Shown here: one piece after another, positions 1 through 8,721 of the stretch
How positions within the stretch are numbered: position 1 is the first letter of the stretch
Layout of the letters: each line of letters starts with the position of its first letter
DNA from: a virus
Taxonomy: Duplodnaviria > Caudoviricetes
IMG/VR virus record: IMGVR_UViG_3300025838_000056
Location: 1 to 46,632 of that record
Length of the DNA stretch: 46,632 nucleotides
Reading direction: 5' to 3' (one strand)
Position numbers and translations under genes: made by a program
Notes under the pieces: model-generated
Seen by the model: the letters and a program-made list of their open reading frames with translations, nothing else
The model's database searches: none
What the model was told of the DNA's origin: nothing

Positions 1-31
1 CAATTTCGGGACAATTAGAGGTTACATCGCC

Positions 32-490
32 ATGCCAGCTCTACCCAATCAAAGGCAAGAAAGATTTGCTCAAGAGCTTGTAAAAGGCAATCCTCCATAC
101 AAAGCTTATGAAGAAGCAGGATATACTAAACACAGAGGCAACTGTTATCGCATGAGAGACAATGAGCGAGTTAAGGAAAGGATCACAGAGCTTCAGGATG
201 AAGTGTTGTTTGATCTGAGAATTGACTTGGAAGAGCTCACGAATATGTGGCTGAATGATAGAAAATCAGCAAGAGAAGCTGGTCAGTTTGGAACTGCAAA
301 GGCTTGCGTGGATAGTATTGCGAAGGCTCACGGTTATATGATTGACCGCAAGGAGATTGGTTCCGTTGGAGAGTTCGACCAGTTATCGACAGAAGAGCTT
401 ATCGAGAGAACAAGAGCGATTGCGCTTGAGCTTGTTGAAGATGAACGCGGAGCTTTCGTTCCGTCAGGAGCGGGAGAGGCTACAGAGTGA
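32..490 (+). CDS. terS: terminase small subunit
   Basis: N-terminal 'RQERFAQELVKG..YKAYEEAGY' HTH typical of TerS; overlaps the start of terL. Confidence 0.85.
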   Translation: MPALPNQRQERFAQELVKGNPPYKAYEEAGYTKHRGNCYRMRDNERVKERITELQDEVLFDLRIDLEELTNMWLNDRKSAREAGQFGTAKACVDSIAKAHGYMIDRKEIGSVGEFDQLSTEELIERTRAIALELVEDERGAFVPSGAGEATE

Positions 491-2138
491 TTTCTCTGCG
501 TTCGTTCGATCTGCTTGGGAGATTGTAGAGCCTAATCCCTTGGTTTGGGGTTGGCACATGCAGGCGATCTGTATGCATCTCGAGGCTGTTCGTGATGGCG
601 AAGTCAGCCGCCTGTTGATGAATGTGCCGCCTGGTATGTCGAAGTCGATGCTGACCTCTGTTATGTGGCCAGCCTTTTGTTGGACAACGCAGCCTCACTT
701 GAGGTTCTTGTGCTGCTCTCACAGTCTGGACTTGGCACTGAGAGACAGTGTTCGTTGCCGACGCTTGTTGCAGAGCGACTGGTATCAGAAACGATGGCCG
801 ATACAGTTGGTTGGCGACCAGAACGCTAAGGCCAAGTTTGAGACCACTTCTAATGGCTTTAGGCAGGCCGTGGCTGCGGGTTCAGTGACTGGTGCTAGAG
901 CAGATCACTTTATCATCGACGACCCTCACAGCGTCGAATCTGCGGCCTCTGAGCAGATGCGTAAAACGACTGCTGACTGGTTTCTTGAGGCTGTCCCAAC
1001 ACGTATGAATAACCCTGCTGCTGTTTATGATGACGAGGGCAATGTTATCAAGCCAGCAAGCAGTATTGTTATCATCATGCAGCGTCTTCATGAGGACGAC
1101 GTGTCTGGATTGTGTTTGTCTCGCAACCTTGGCTATACGCATCTGATGTTGCCGATGGAGTTCGAGGCTAACCGCAAATGTGTGACGCAGATCGGTGATT
1201 ACGTATTCGAGGATCAGAGAAGCGAGGATGGAGAGCTTTTATTTGAGGAGCGTTTCCCTCGAGAGGTTGTAGAGCGAGACAAGAGGGTGCTTGGTCCGTT
1301 TGCTTATTCGGGCCAGATGCAGCAGCGTCCTGCTCCAGCTGGTGGCGGCATCATCAAGCGGGAGTATTGGCAACTGTGGGATGACGCAGAGGCTCTTGCC
1401 CAAGGCGTTAATGATGCCTCGGCCTATCCACCGATGAGCTACATTCTGATTAGTGCAGACACGGCATACACGACCCGTCAAGAGAACGACGCCAGCTACA
1501 TCACTGTGTGGGGATGTTGGGACAGAGGCGGTGCGTCTGCCAAGGCGTTCCTGAGTCGGGAGGGCGTGAAGCTTGAGCTGGTGGACAGCCGCGACACGAT
1601 CCCCTGCGTCATGCTGATGTGGGCTAAAGAGCTCAGGGTGCCTATGCATGGCGAGACCATCGAGAGGCTATCCGGTGAGCCTCTAAAGGCGTTTGAAGAG
1701 CGTCAGAGAAGACACTGGGGGATTGTGCAGTGGATTGCTCATGCTGCCAAGACGTATAACGCAGACAAGATACTGATTGAGTCCAAGGCGAACGGCATCA
1801 CTGTCGCTGACGAGATCAAGCGGCTATACAAGGCCGCCAGTTGGGATGTCGAGCTCGTGAACCCAGGATCCGTTGACAAGGTTGCTCGCGTGTATGCCGT
1901 CCAGTCGGTGTTCACCAACAGCCAGATCTGGTGTCCAGACAAGAGCTGGGCAGATCACCTGATGACGCAGTTCGAGAGCTTCCCCAAGGCCAAGCACGAC
2001 GACGGCGTTGACAGCACGACGCAGGCAATCCGGTGGCTGCGCGACCGCAAGTTCCTCGAGCGGCAGGAAGAGATCGCCGCCAGTATCAATCTCAGCGCGG
2101 CGTGGAAACCCAAGACCAAGGCAGTCTACGACGTTTAG
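441..2138 (+). CDS. terL: terminase large subunit
   Basis: Walker A-like 'NVPPGMSKS', Walker B 'FIIDDP', 'IIMQRLHEDD', nuclease motifs 'ISADTA' and 'FPKAKHDDGVD'; ATG at 441 preferred, frame is open from 342. Confidence 0.95.
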   Translation: MNAELSFRQERERLQSDFSAFVRSAWEIVEPNPLVWGWHMQAICMHLEAVRDGEVSRLLMNVPPGMSKSMLTSVMWPAFCWTTQPHLRFLCCSHSLDLALRDSVRCRRLLQSDWYQKRWPIQLVGDQNAKAKFETTSNGFRQAVAAGSVTGARADHFIIDDPHSVESAASEQMRKTTADWFLEAVPTRMNNPAAVYDDEGNVIKPASSIVIIMQRLHEDDVSGLCLSRNLGYTHLMLPMEFEANRKCVTQIGDYVFEDQRSEDGELLFEERFPREVVERDKRVLGPFAYSGQMQQRPAPAGGGIIKREYWQLWDDAEALAQGVNDASAYPPMSYILISADTAYTTRQENDASYITVWGCWDRGGASAKAFLSREGVKLELVDSRDTIPCVMLMWAKELRVPMHGETIERLSGEPLKAFEERQRRHWGIVQWIAHAAKTYNADKILIESKANGITVADEIKRLYKAASWDVELVNPGSVDKVARVYAVQSVFTNSQIWCPDKSWADHLMTQFESFPKAKHDDGVDSTTQAIRWLRDRKFLERQEEIAASINLSAAWKPKTKAVYDV

Positions 2139-2172
2139 TAGAGAGTTGTTGCGGCTGGAAGTTTTCAAAACG

Positions 2173-2361
2173 ACCCCCATACCCCCCCCCGCAGCGGGAT
2201 CGAGGGAGATAAAAATCCCCTATCCCACCACCCCCAAAATTTTCAAATTTGACACAATTTGAGACAATATATCCTATTACCGTCTCATAATTATCCCACT
2301 TGACACAATATCGGGACAGGTATAGGACAGTTACGGGACGTTATTGAGATAATTTGTCTCA
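2173..2361. other. poly-C tracts followed by short direct/inverted repeats (possible packaging, origin or operator region)
   Basis: C-runs 2173-2235; TTGACACAAT at 2249 and 2300, TTGAGACAAT at 2259, GGACAG repeats, near-palindrome 2345-2361. Confidence 0.4.
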
Positions 2362-2377
2362 TTAGATTGGGATAGTA

Positions 2378-2668
2378 ATGATTAGATACAAGGAAGTTAA
2401 GGAAGAGACATGCAAGTTGACATCATCTGCCAGTGGTGCAGAGGAACAAAGTTTCGAGTTACCAGTCTCCCTCATAGAATACTTTTGGAGTGCTCTATCT
2501 GCCGAGCAAGAACAAGTAGGCAGCACCTTGGATGGGTTACAACCTCGTCTGGGCAAGCCGCTGAAGGGACGGGAGCATTTAACACTGACAGCTCAAAAGC
2601 CGTGGGCGAAGGATGGCCTATCTCGGAGCACGTGGTATCGCCGCAGGAAAAGACTGGGCCTGTCTTAG
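2378..2668 (+). CDS. small putative DNA-binding protein with C-terminal HTH-like tail
   Basis: C-terminal 'KPWAKDGLSRSTWYRRRK' resembles the HTH tail of phage/plasmid proteins. Confidence 0.5.
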   Translation: MIRYKEVKEETCKLTSSASGAEEQSFELPVSLIEYFWSALSAEQEQVGSTLDGLQPRLGKPLKGREHLTLTAQKPWAKDGLSRSTWYRRRKRLGLS

Positions 2669-2985
2669 AAGTTAAGATTACACCGCAGAGCCAGATATGG
2701 GAATTGGAGCTTAGTATGAGGGCTGACAATTGCCTAAGGGAAGAAAAGATAGAGACGGTTGGCGACCTTTTGAAATACTCGGAGGCAAACCTTCTGCGTA
2801 TTCCAAGGTTGGGATTGAAGACGATAAAAGAGATACGGGATGTTTTGAGAGCAAACGGGTTGTTTCTGTCAGAGCAAGGCATCCCCTTCGACTGGCAGCC
2901 ATGTTTTTTATATTGGTCGCGGGTAAACTCTGGATCATCTCAAGAAAATTCAGACACGGAACCGGTGGAGATGGCGAGTGAGTGA
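2410..2985 (+). CDS. RNA polymerase alpha-subunit C-terminal-domain-like protein with N-terminal CxxC/CxxC
   Basis: 'ELELSMRADNCLREEKIETVGDLLKYSEANLLRIPRLGLKTIKEI' matches the alpha-CTD pattern; CQWC...CSIC at N-terminus; start uncertain. Confidence 0.75.
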   Translation: MQVDIICQWCRGTKFRVTSLPHRILLECSICRARTSRQHLGWVTTSSGQAAEGTGAFNTDSSKAVGEGWPISEHVVSPQEKTGPVLEVKITPQSQIWELELSMRADNCLREEKIETVGDLLKYSEANLLRIPRLGLKTIKEIRDVLRANGLFLSEQGIPFDWQPCFLYWSRVNSGSSQENSDTEPVEMASE

Positions 2986-3925
2986 GATTTTAATTGGCGA
3001 CACAAGAGAGTTGCTAAAGGCACTTCCGTCAGATCATTACGACTGCGTTGTCACCAGCCCTCCTTATTGGGGATTGAGGGACTATGGCGTTGATGGGCAG
3101 CTAGGTCTTGAGCCGACGATGCAGGGCTATCTGGATACGATGGTCGGCGTGTGCCGTGAGTTGCGCCGAGTGCTGAAGCCAGAGGGGACGTTTTGGTTGA
3201 ACATTGGGGATAGTTATGCGGCACCACCAGTTGGTCGTTTCAATGGTGGGGGGGTTAAAGATACTTCCGCTAAAAATGGAACTAGAGATTTAAGTGGAGT
3301 GGCTACAAGCGGCATAGCTAATAAGCTAAAAGGTTCTGGACTAAAACATAAAGACCTTTGCATGATTCCCAACCGCCTAGTAATCCTGCTTCAAGAGGAT
3401 GGCTGGTATGTCAGGTCTGAAATCATCTGGGCTAAACCCAACCCAATGCCTGAGAGTGTGAGAGACAGGCCGACATCAGCACATGAGAAAGTTTGGTTGC
3501 TAACTAAAAGTCCGAAGTATTTCTATGATGCGGATGCGATAAAAGAAGACGGTGTTATCCCTGCTGGCACTAAAGGGGCTAAGGGCAGCGCGGAAAGATA
3601 TAACACTGAAGGCGTCAATTCAAGGCCACCAGAGTATAAGATCTATGATGGCAAGCGGAACGTCAGGAACGTCTGGTCTATATCCCCAAAACCATTTCGC
3701 GGAGCTCACTTTGCCACCATGCCGTCAGAGCTTGCGGAGCGATGCATAAAGGCCGGATGCCCTGAGGGTGGGCACGTGCTTGATCCATTTGGTGGAGCAG
3801 GAACCACAGGATTAGTCGCGAATAGATTGGGTAGACAATACACGCTACTTGAATTAAACGAAGAATATGCCATGATGGCAACAAAACGTATACACGAGGA
3901 AGCACCTTTGCTGGAGGGCGTATGA
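2978..3925 (+). CDS. DNA methyltransferase (N4-C/N6-A, beta class)
   Basis: Catalytic 'TSPPY' N-terminal; SAM-binding 'VLDPFGGAGTT' C-terminal. Confidence 0.95.
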   Translation: MSEILIGDTRELLKALPSDHYDCVVTSPPYWGLRDYGVDGQLGLEPTMQGYLDTMVGVCRELRRVLKPEGTFWLNIGDSYAAPPVGRFNGGGVKDTSAKNGTRDLSGVATSGIANKLKGSGLKHKDLCMIPNRLVILLQEDGWYVRSEIIWAKPNPMPESVRDRPTSAHEKVWLLTKSPKYFYDADAIKEDGVIPAGTKGAKGSAERYNTEGVNSRPPEYKIYDGKRNVRNVWSISPKPFRGAHFATMPSELAERCIKAGCPEGGHVLDPFGGAGTTGLVANRLGRQYTLLELNEEYAMMATKRIHEEAPLLEGV

Positions 3926-4239
3926 CTGTAAAAGAGTTGGCGGGAGAATTAAGAAAAACCCCCGCGAATATGTTGGGCACAGAACTAGAGCAGCATTACT
4001 GGGACTGCCAAAAAGCGGCTGACATGCTTTTAAAGCTTAACCAGCAACTGGAGGATCTTCGCAAGTCGCACGACCGCAGCGAGGAAAAGTCTGAACGTAA
4101 CGAGCGTATATACCAGAGGCGAAAGTCAGGAGAGAAAGTCCGAGACCTTGCCATAGAGTATGGCGTGACACCGCCAGCAATATCCAAAATCTATTACCGC
4201 ATAAAAGAATTTCGCCGTAGGGAGGCTCTTAAGAAATGA
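3922..4239 (+). CDS. hypothetical protein with C-terminal HTH (Mor-like)
   Basis: 'RNERIYQRRKSGEKVRDLAIEYGVTPPAISKI'; coupled ATGA start. Confidence 0.65.
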   Translation: MTVKELAGELRKTPANMLGTELEQHYWDCQKAADMLLKLNQQLEDLRKSHDRSEEKSERNERIYQRRKSGEKVRDLAIEYGVTPPAISKIYYRIKEFRRREALKK

Positions 4240-4448
4240 CCGACGTTGCTTTGATCCTAGAACAGCTAAAAAGCTGGAAGAACGGTTACCTGCCCCCGTC
4301 TGCGGCAATCCTTATGGGAGAGGCTCACGACCTTATCGAAGAGCAATCCCAACAGATTGCAGACCTAAAAGATTCACTGAATAGCGCCCTCTCACGTTTG
4401 GAAGAGAAGTGTTCGTTTCCAAAACGTAAAGCAGACCCACAATGGTGA
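4236..4448 (+). CDS. hypothetical protein
   Basis: ORF coupled to both neighbours. Confidence 0.6.
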   Translation: MTDVALILEQLKSWKNGYLPPSAAILMGEAHDLIEEQSQQIADLKDSLNSALSRLEEKCSFPKRKADPQW

Positions 4449-4888
4449 GGCCATTATTTGAAACACAGGGTGATCTCGCCAAGGAGAGGGCTGTCATTGA
4501 AAGAGTAGTTGGCGACAAGTTTGAAGTTCGCAAACTGCCTATCAAGTATCAGGCTGACTTTGGATTATTTGAAAACTCAACAGGTAACCTAAAGCGGTGG
4601 GTAGAGGTTAGATGCAGAACGACGGCCAGTCACGCATACCCAACACTGATTGTTAGTCTAGACAAGATTATGGCTGCTGAAAACCTTGTGAGGTCTACGG
4701 GCATCCCGTTCGTATTTATGTGCGAGTGGACGGATACAACCGGCACGGTGAGAATAAACAAGGCAAGCGACTACGATATTAAGTGGGGTGGACGCAATGA
4801 ACTCAGAGATTGGCAGGATGTCGAGCCTGTATGCCACATACCAATCTCTCACTTTAAAATGATTAACAATGAGAGACAACATGATTAG
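4442..4888 (+). CDS. putative PD-(D/E)xK nuclease-fold protein
   Basis: 'YQADF...WVEVRCR' D...ExK-like motif. Confidence 0.55.
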   Translation: MVRPLFETQGDLAKERAVIERVVGDKFEVRKLPIKYQADFGLFENSTGNLKRWVEVRCRTTASHAYPTLIVSLDKIMAAENLVRSTGIPFVFMCEWTDTTGTVRINKASDYDIKWGGRNELRDWQDVEPVCHIPISHFKMINNERQHD

Positions 4889-5042
4889 CGACAAAGACAG
4901 AGTAAAGCTCCTTCAGGAAATGGTCTTGCGATATCAAGAGGAGGTTGAGCAACTCCACAAGGAAATGGCTGAACTATACGCTCAGATTGAGAAGCAGAAA
5001 GACCGCATACAAGAGTTGGAAGACATGCGGAGGATGCACTGA
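4881..5042 (+). CDS. small coiled-coil hypothetical protein (53 aa, not in ORF track)
   Basis: MISDKDRVKLLQEMVLRYQEEVEQLHKE...; overlaps both neighbours. Confidence 0.6.
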   Translation: MISDKDRVKLLQEMVLRYQEEVEQLHKEMAELYAQIEKQKDRIQELEDMRRMH

Positions 5043-5272
5043 TGAAGTTTAGAGTTTTTGATCCCTACAAAGAGGTAAGCGATAAAAAGGCCAAGGAAAG
5101 ATTTGAGGAGCGGAAAGCTGCTAAAGAGGGGCTTAAAAGGATACAAGACAACCTACACAAAGACCCCCTCAAGAAAGCCTTTAATGCCCTAAAGGGTCAT
5201 CAGGGTAGAAATAAATCCCTTGGCAACGTGAAGGTTACGCTGCCTAAGCTAAAGTTCCTCGATAATGAATGA
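5042..5272 (+). CDS. hypothetical protein
   Basis: TGATG-coupled ORF. Confidence 0.6.
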   Translation: MKFRVFDPYKEVSDKKAKERFEERKAAKEGLKRIQDNLHKDPLKKAFNALKGHQGRNKSLGNVKVTLPKLKFLDNE

Positions 5273-5381
5273 AGACTTAGCACCCAAAGATAAAGACCCT
5301 ATTGCAGAGCTAATTAAAGAAGTTAAGAAGCTACGCAAAAAAATAAAGAAACTGAAACACACGATAAGGAGAAAGAAATGA
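5265..5381 (+). CDS. small basic hypothetical protein (38 aa, not in ORF track)
   Basis: MNEDLAPKDKDPIAELIKEVKKLRKKIKKLKHTIRRKK fills the gap with coupled start and stop. Confidence 0.5.
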   Translation: MNEDLAPKDKDPIAELIKEVKKLRKKIKKLKHTIRRKK

Positions 5382-5632
5382 CGACAATCGATAATAAAGT
5401 AAACAAAGATATTTACCGCAAGATCGGTATTATGTTGAACGAAAATGTTATGAACAATCCCCAACATGCTACTCTCCAGAACATAAATGTTCTGTGCTTA
5501 CTTCTGGGGGCGTATATGTGCATGATGGAAAAGGATAAAAAAGAAGAAGTAATAAATCAATTAAACAGCATAGCAAATCAGAAAAATCTTAAAGAAATGA
5601 TGATGAAAGAACGCAGGATGAAAAGCAATTAG
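5378..5632 (+). CDS. hypothetical protein
   Basis: AGGAG RBS, coupled ORF. Confidence 0.6.
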   Translation: MTTIDNKVNKDIYRKIGIMLNENVMNNPQHATLQNINVLCLLLGAYMCMMEKDKKEEVINQLNSIANQKNLKEMMMKERRMKSN

Positions 5633-5642
5633 GATTAATGAC

Positions 5643-5906
5643 ATGCAGAAAAACAAAAGACGATTATCTGACATGGCAATATATCCAGAAGATATCAAAC
5701 CGACAAAGAAGAAGAAGAAAAAGAAAGAAAAGGAAGACGCTTTATGGGATTTAATGTGTATGAATAAATTTATTGCATTCAAGAAAATGCTGCTTTTTGA
5801 CGAGCAGTCTAAGCCTGTAGAAGAACAAGACGAAATGAGAATTAAATATTTAACCATCAGCATAAATTGGCTAATGAAAGAATATAACGAAATGGTGGGG
5901 AAATGA
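5643..5906 (+). CDS. hypothetical protein
   Basis: ORF in co-directional run. Confidence 0.55.
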   Translation: MQKNKRRLSDMAIYPEDIKPTKKKKKKKEKEDALWDLMCMNKFIAFKKMLLFDEQSKPVEEQDEMRIKYLTISINWLMKEYNEMVGK

Positions 5907-6112
5907 CTGACGAACATGTTAAGCACCTTGAACGCATGCTAAAGGAAAAAGAACGGCAGCTGGCGGCTACGCGTAATGCAATTGAAATATACGCTAAAGA
6001 AAAGCAAGACCTGCGCCAATGTTTAGAATGGTTTGTATCTGACAGACGTGAAATGTCTTTAGAGAAAGCGATTAAATCATCAAAGGCCGTATTGAGAGGT
6101 AAAGGCTTATGA
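5903..6112 (+). CDS. hypothetical coiled-coil protein
   Basis: ATGA-coupled ORF. Confidence 0.6.
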   Translation: MTDEHVKHLERMLKEKERQLAATRNAIEIYAKEKQDLRQCLEWFVSDRREMSLEKAIKSSKAVLRGKGL

Positions 6113-6375
6113 CTGACTATTCAGAACTTATACTCCTACTTCGCCAAACAAGGGCGTCGCTGCTGGGGACTTTTGACGAAGATATATATGTTAATTGTCA
6201 GGAAGCCGCCCATGTTATTGAAACGCAAGCAAAGCGTATAGCAGATTTGCAAAAAGTATTAAGCAAAGCTGATGAAAAAATGGAACGACTTGAGCAATAT
6301 ATGGATAGGATTCAGAACTTAATTGCGTTCTTCCATGCCGACATACAGGTTGCGATTTGTAAGGATAAGAAATGA
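6109..6375 (+). CDS. Ead/Ea22-like hypothetical protein
   Basis: 'MTDYSEL..LR...AA..IE.Q.KRIADL' shared with the 7108 ORF. Confidence 0.6.
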   Translation: MTDYSELILLLRQTRASLLGTFDEDIYVNCQEAAHVIETQAKRIADLQKVLSKADEKMERLEQYMDRIQNLIAFFHADIQVAICKDKK

Positions 6376-6788
6376 CTGAATGGAAGGGAACAATAAAGGG
6401 CACTGAGGATACATACCCTCATCTTTCTTCTGTAAGAGATAGGTTTAAAGAAAACGATGATATTGTTCATGCAGCCATTTGTGACGCGGCATTATCACTA
6501 ATTAGTGAACAATCATTGGAAATACACAGGCTGCGTGAGTCGATGAGAATTTTGTCGTATCTAGACCCAAGTATAAAAAACTACGTCGACAATCCGTGGG
6601 CTGTGGCTCATCAGGTTCGTGAGCATGTTAGGGGTCGGATTGCTGAACTAGAAACAGCGTTAAATCCGTTTGCTTTATCAGCAAACGAATATGATAATCC
6701 GTGTTTTCCATACCATGATAGTAGCTTGCAGACAGGTCTTCCTGTTGGGTGGTTGCGCCAAGCTCGTAAGGTATTGGGAGAGAAGTAA
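6372..6788 (+). CDS. hypothetical protein
   Basis: C-terminal 'RIAELETALNPFA...LRQARKVLGEK' shared with the 7735 ORF. Confidence 0.65.
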   Translation: MTEWKGTIKGTEDTYPHLSSVRDRFKENDDIVHAAICDAALSLISEQSLEIHRLRESMRILSYLDPSIKNYVDNPWAVAHQVREHVRGRIAELETALNPFALSANEYDNPCFPYHDSSLQTGLPVGWLRQARKVLGEK

Positions 6789-6994
6789 TGAGTAATATTA
6801 TAGATTTTGACGAAGTAAGAGTAAGAAAATATCTTATTGACGCTTTATACAGCTTCAAAAGAAATTTTCCTGATAGCGATTATCAACGTGGATATTTAGC
6901 GGCTTTATGCGCTGTTTATCGTGAGGCATTAAACGGGGGTTCCGACGAGCTTTTAGTATTTTGTAGGACGTTATCGGAGTTAAGCGATGAGTGA
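6788..6994 (+). CDS. hypothetical protein
   Basis: TAATG coupling, GGAG RBS. Confidence 0.6.
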   Translation: MSNIIDFDEVRVRKYLIDALYSFKRNFPDSDYQRGYLAALCAVYREALNGGSDELLVFCRTLSELSDE

Positions 6995-7103
6995 TTTTAT
7001 TGAGCAGCTTATTGAAGCTATCGAATATATTGGAATACTACCTTCTGTTTTTTTTGTGACGATATGGCTTGCCACAATCCGATTTATTATTTGGGGGTGC
7101 TGA
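6987..7103 (+). CDS. small membrane protein (38 aa, not in ORF track)
   Basis: MSDFIEQLIEAIEYIGILPSVFFVTIWLATIRFIIWGC, GGAG upstream. Confidence 0.45.
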   Translation: MSDFIEQLIEAIEYIGILPSVFFVTIWLATIRFIIWGC

Positions 7104-7107
7104 AAAA

Positions 7108-7464
7108 ATGACTGACTATTCAGATCTTGTTCAGCGATTGCGTGACTATCCAGTATGGACTGGTGACTGCCACGACGCGGCAGACGCTATTGAGGAGCAA
7201 GTAAAACGCATTGCGGATTTAGAACATCAACTGAGAGTCGAGTGTGACGCATATCTCTGGAACCGCAAACGTATGTCGAGACGTATTGCGTTTTTAGAAT
7301 ATTGGATGGAGAAATTGTTTAAATTTTGCAGTTCTCCCGAAGCCCAACGCAATCATCTGACAATGGCGACAGAGATTCCTGACTATTTAATTATGGAAGG
7401 TGAGGATATTCTGCAACATCTTGAGGAAAGATCGGATTTGGAGAAAGTTGATGGGATTATTTAA
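7108..7464 (+). CDS. Ead/Ea22-like hypothetical protein
   Basis: 'MTDYSDLVQRLR...DAADAIEEQVKRIADLE'; start re-called to ATG 7108. Confidence 0.65.
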   Translation: MTDYSDLVQRLRDYPVWTGDCHDAADAIEEQVKRIADLEHQLRVECDAYLWNRKRMSRRIAFLEYWMEKLFKFCSSPEAQRNHLTMATEIPDYLIMEGEDILQHLEERSDLEKVDGII

Positions 7465-7735
7465 TGGACCACCAGTAACCGACGCACAGAGAGACCTAGT
7501 GGCAATGACAGATGCACGAACCAGAGAATGGTATCTGGAAGCTAAAATTGCAATGTTGAATATGCGTATTGCTGAGTTGCAACAAATAGTAGCACGAATT
7601 GTAGAACACAACGACATAGACAGCCAAATTCCTGAGTATAAAAGATGGGAAATATTAGTGGCTGATGCTCGTAAAGTAATAGAAGATAATGTGGCAGATT
7701 GGGAGGCGGCATGTCGCGATTTAGGAGAGAAGTGA
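7451..7735 (+). CDS. hypothetical protein
   Basis: GGAG RBS then ATG 7451; 'RIAELQ...ARKV...LGEK' related to neighbours. Confidence 0.6.
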   Translation: MGLFNGPPVTDAQRDLVAMTDARTREWYLEAKIAMLNMRIAELQQIVARIVEHNDIDSQIPEYKRWEILVADARKVIEDNVADWEAACRDLGEK

Positions 7736-7947
7736 TGGCTGGCAACTATGCAACTGACGAACAAATTGACGCCTTAGAAGAAGAAGTATCGGAATTATTA
7801 GCCCGCATTGCTGAATTAGGGGTAGCATTAAAACCGTTTGCTGACGCCAGCGACCTTCATCTTGGCAGCGAGGATATGTCGATAGCGTTTGGCATAACTA
7901 TTAAAGACCTACGCCAAGCCCGTAAGGTATTGGGAGAGAAGGAATGA
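7735..7947 (+). CDS. hypothetical protein
   Basis: TGATG coupling; 'RIAELGVALKPFA...LRQARKVLGEKE'. Confidence 0.65.
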   Translation: MAGNYATDEQIDALEEEVSELLARIAELGVALKPFADASDLHLGSEDMSIAFGITIKDLRQARKVLGEKE

Positions 7948-8263
7948 TATTTCCCTATCGGGAATAACATGGGTAAAACTAACCCATAAAGGTAATATTT
8001 TACTGAGCGGTAAATATCACAAATCCCGCATAAATAAAGATTATGTCAAATCTCACATACGGCAAAATGCCGTATTATAAAACAAACTGAGCTATGAGAA
8101 ACAGTTCTATAAATCAGACCGCAGTTTGTGCGTAGAATATTGGTGCTAAAATCCGCAAATGATGCCGAGTAACGACAATATAAAGTGTCGCCTTTCTACT
8201 ACAAATGTCTCATATATGGATCACGAAGGCTACTAAAGAACCAAATTTGATACGGAGAGAACG

Positions 8264-8527
8264 ATGGCTGATATAATAACTAGACTAAGAACAGAGGGGT
8301 CATATGATGGAGTTTTTAATGCCCCTAAAATACAAATAGAGGCAGCAGAAAAGATTGAAGAACAGTTAATAATGATGGAAACACTAATAACTTTTTTAAC
8401 CATTAAAGCTGAAAAAATTAATAAATTAGAATCAGCGATAGATAAAGCGGCTGAATTGGCATACGAACACTGGCATAGTTGGCCAGCGGATGAAATTAAA
8501 GCTGCTATTTTAGAGTTAAAAAAATGA
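8264..8527 (+). CDS. hypothetical protein (Ead/Ea22-like N-terminus)
   Basis: GGAG RBS; 'DIITRLR...EAAEKIEE'. Confidence 0.6.
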   Translation: MADIITRLRTEGSYDGVFNAPKIQIEAAEKIEEQLIMMETLITFLTIKAEKINKLESAIDKAAELAYEHWHSWPADEIKAAILELKK

Positions 8528-8721
8528 CAGATATTACAAAGTTAATCCGATCTATCCCTATCTGGAAGTTTCCAGTAGACGAAAAGATAGACGGTGAGCT
8601 TTGGTATAACTGGAACGAGATATTATCGGATGCTGCCGACGAGATATCTATGCTTAGAGATATTCTGACGGATGATCAGTATAAGAAAGTATACGGCAAA
8701 AAGAGAAAGAAAAAAGAATGA
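8524..8721 (+). CDS. hypothetical protein
   Basis: ATGA-coupled; 'DAADEISMLR'. Confidence 0.6.
   Translation: MTDITKLIRSIPIWKFPVDEKIDGELWYNWNEILSDAADEISMLRDILTDDQYKKVYGKKRKKKE

Larger units (their letters stand above)
6756..7941 (+). repeat. 30-bp direct repeat pair (6756-6785 and 7912-7941)
   Basis: CGCCAAGC(T/C)CGTAAGGTATTGGGAGAGAAG, one mismatch. Confidence 0.85.

Noticed and set aside
2008-2262. 84-aa ORF spanning the terL end and the poly-C tract
   Set aside because: Overlaps terL, low complexity, no convincing start
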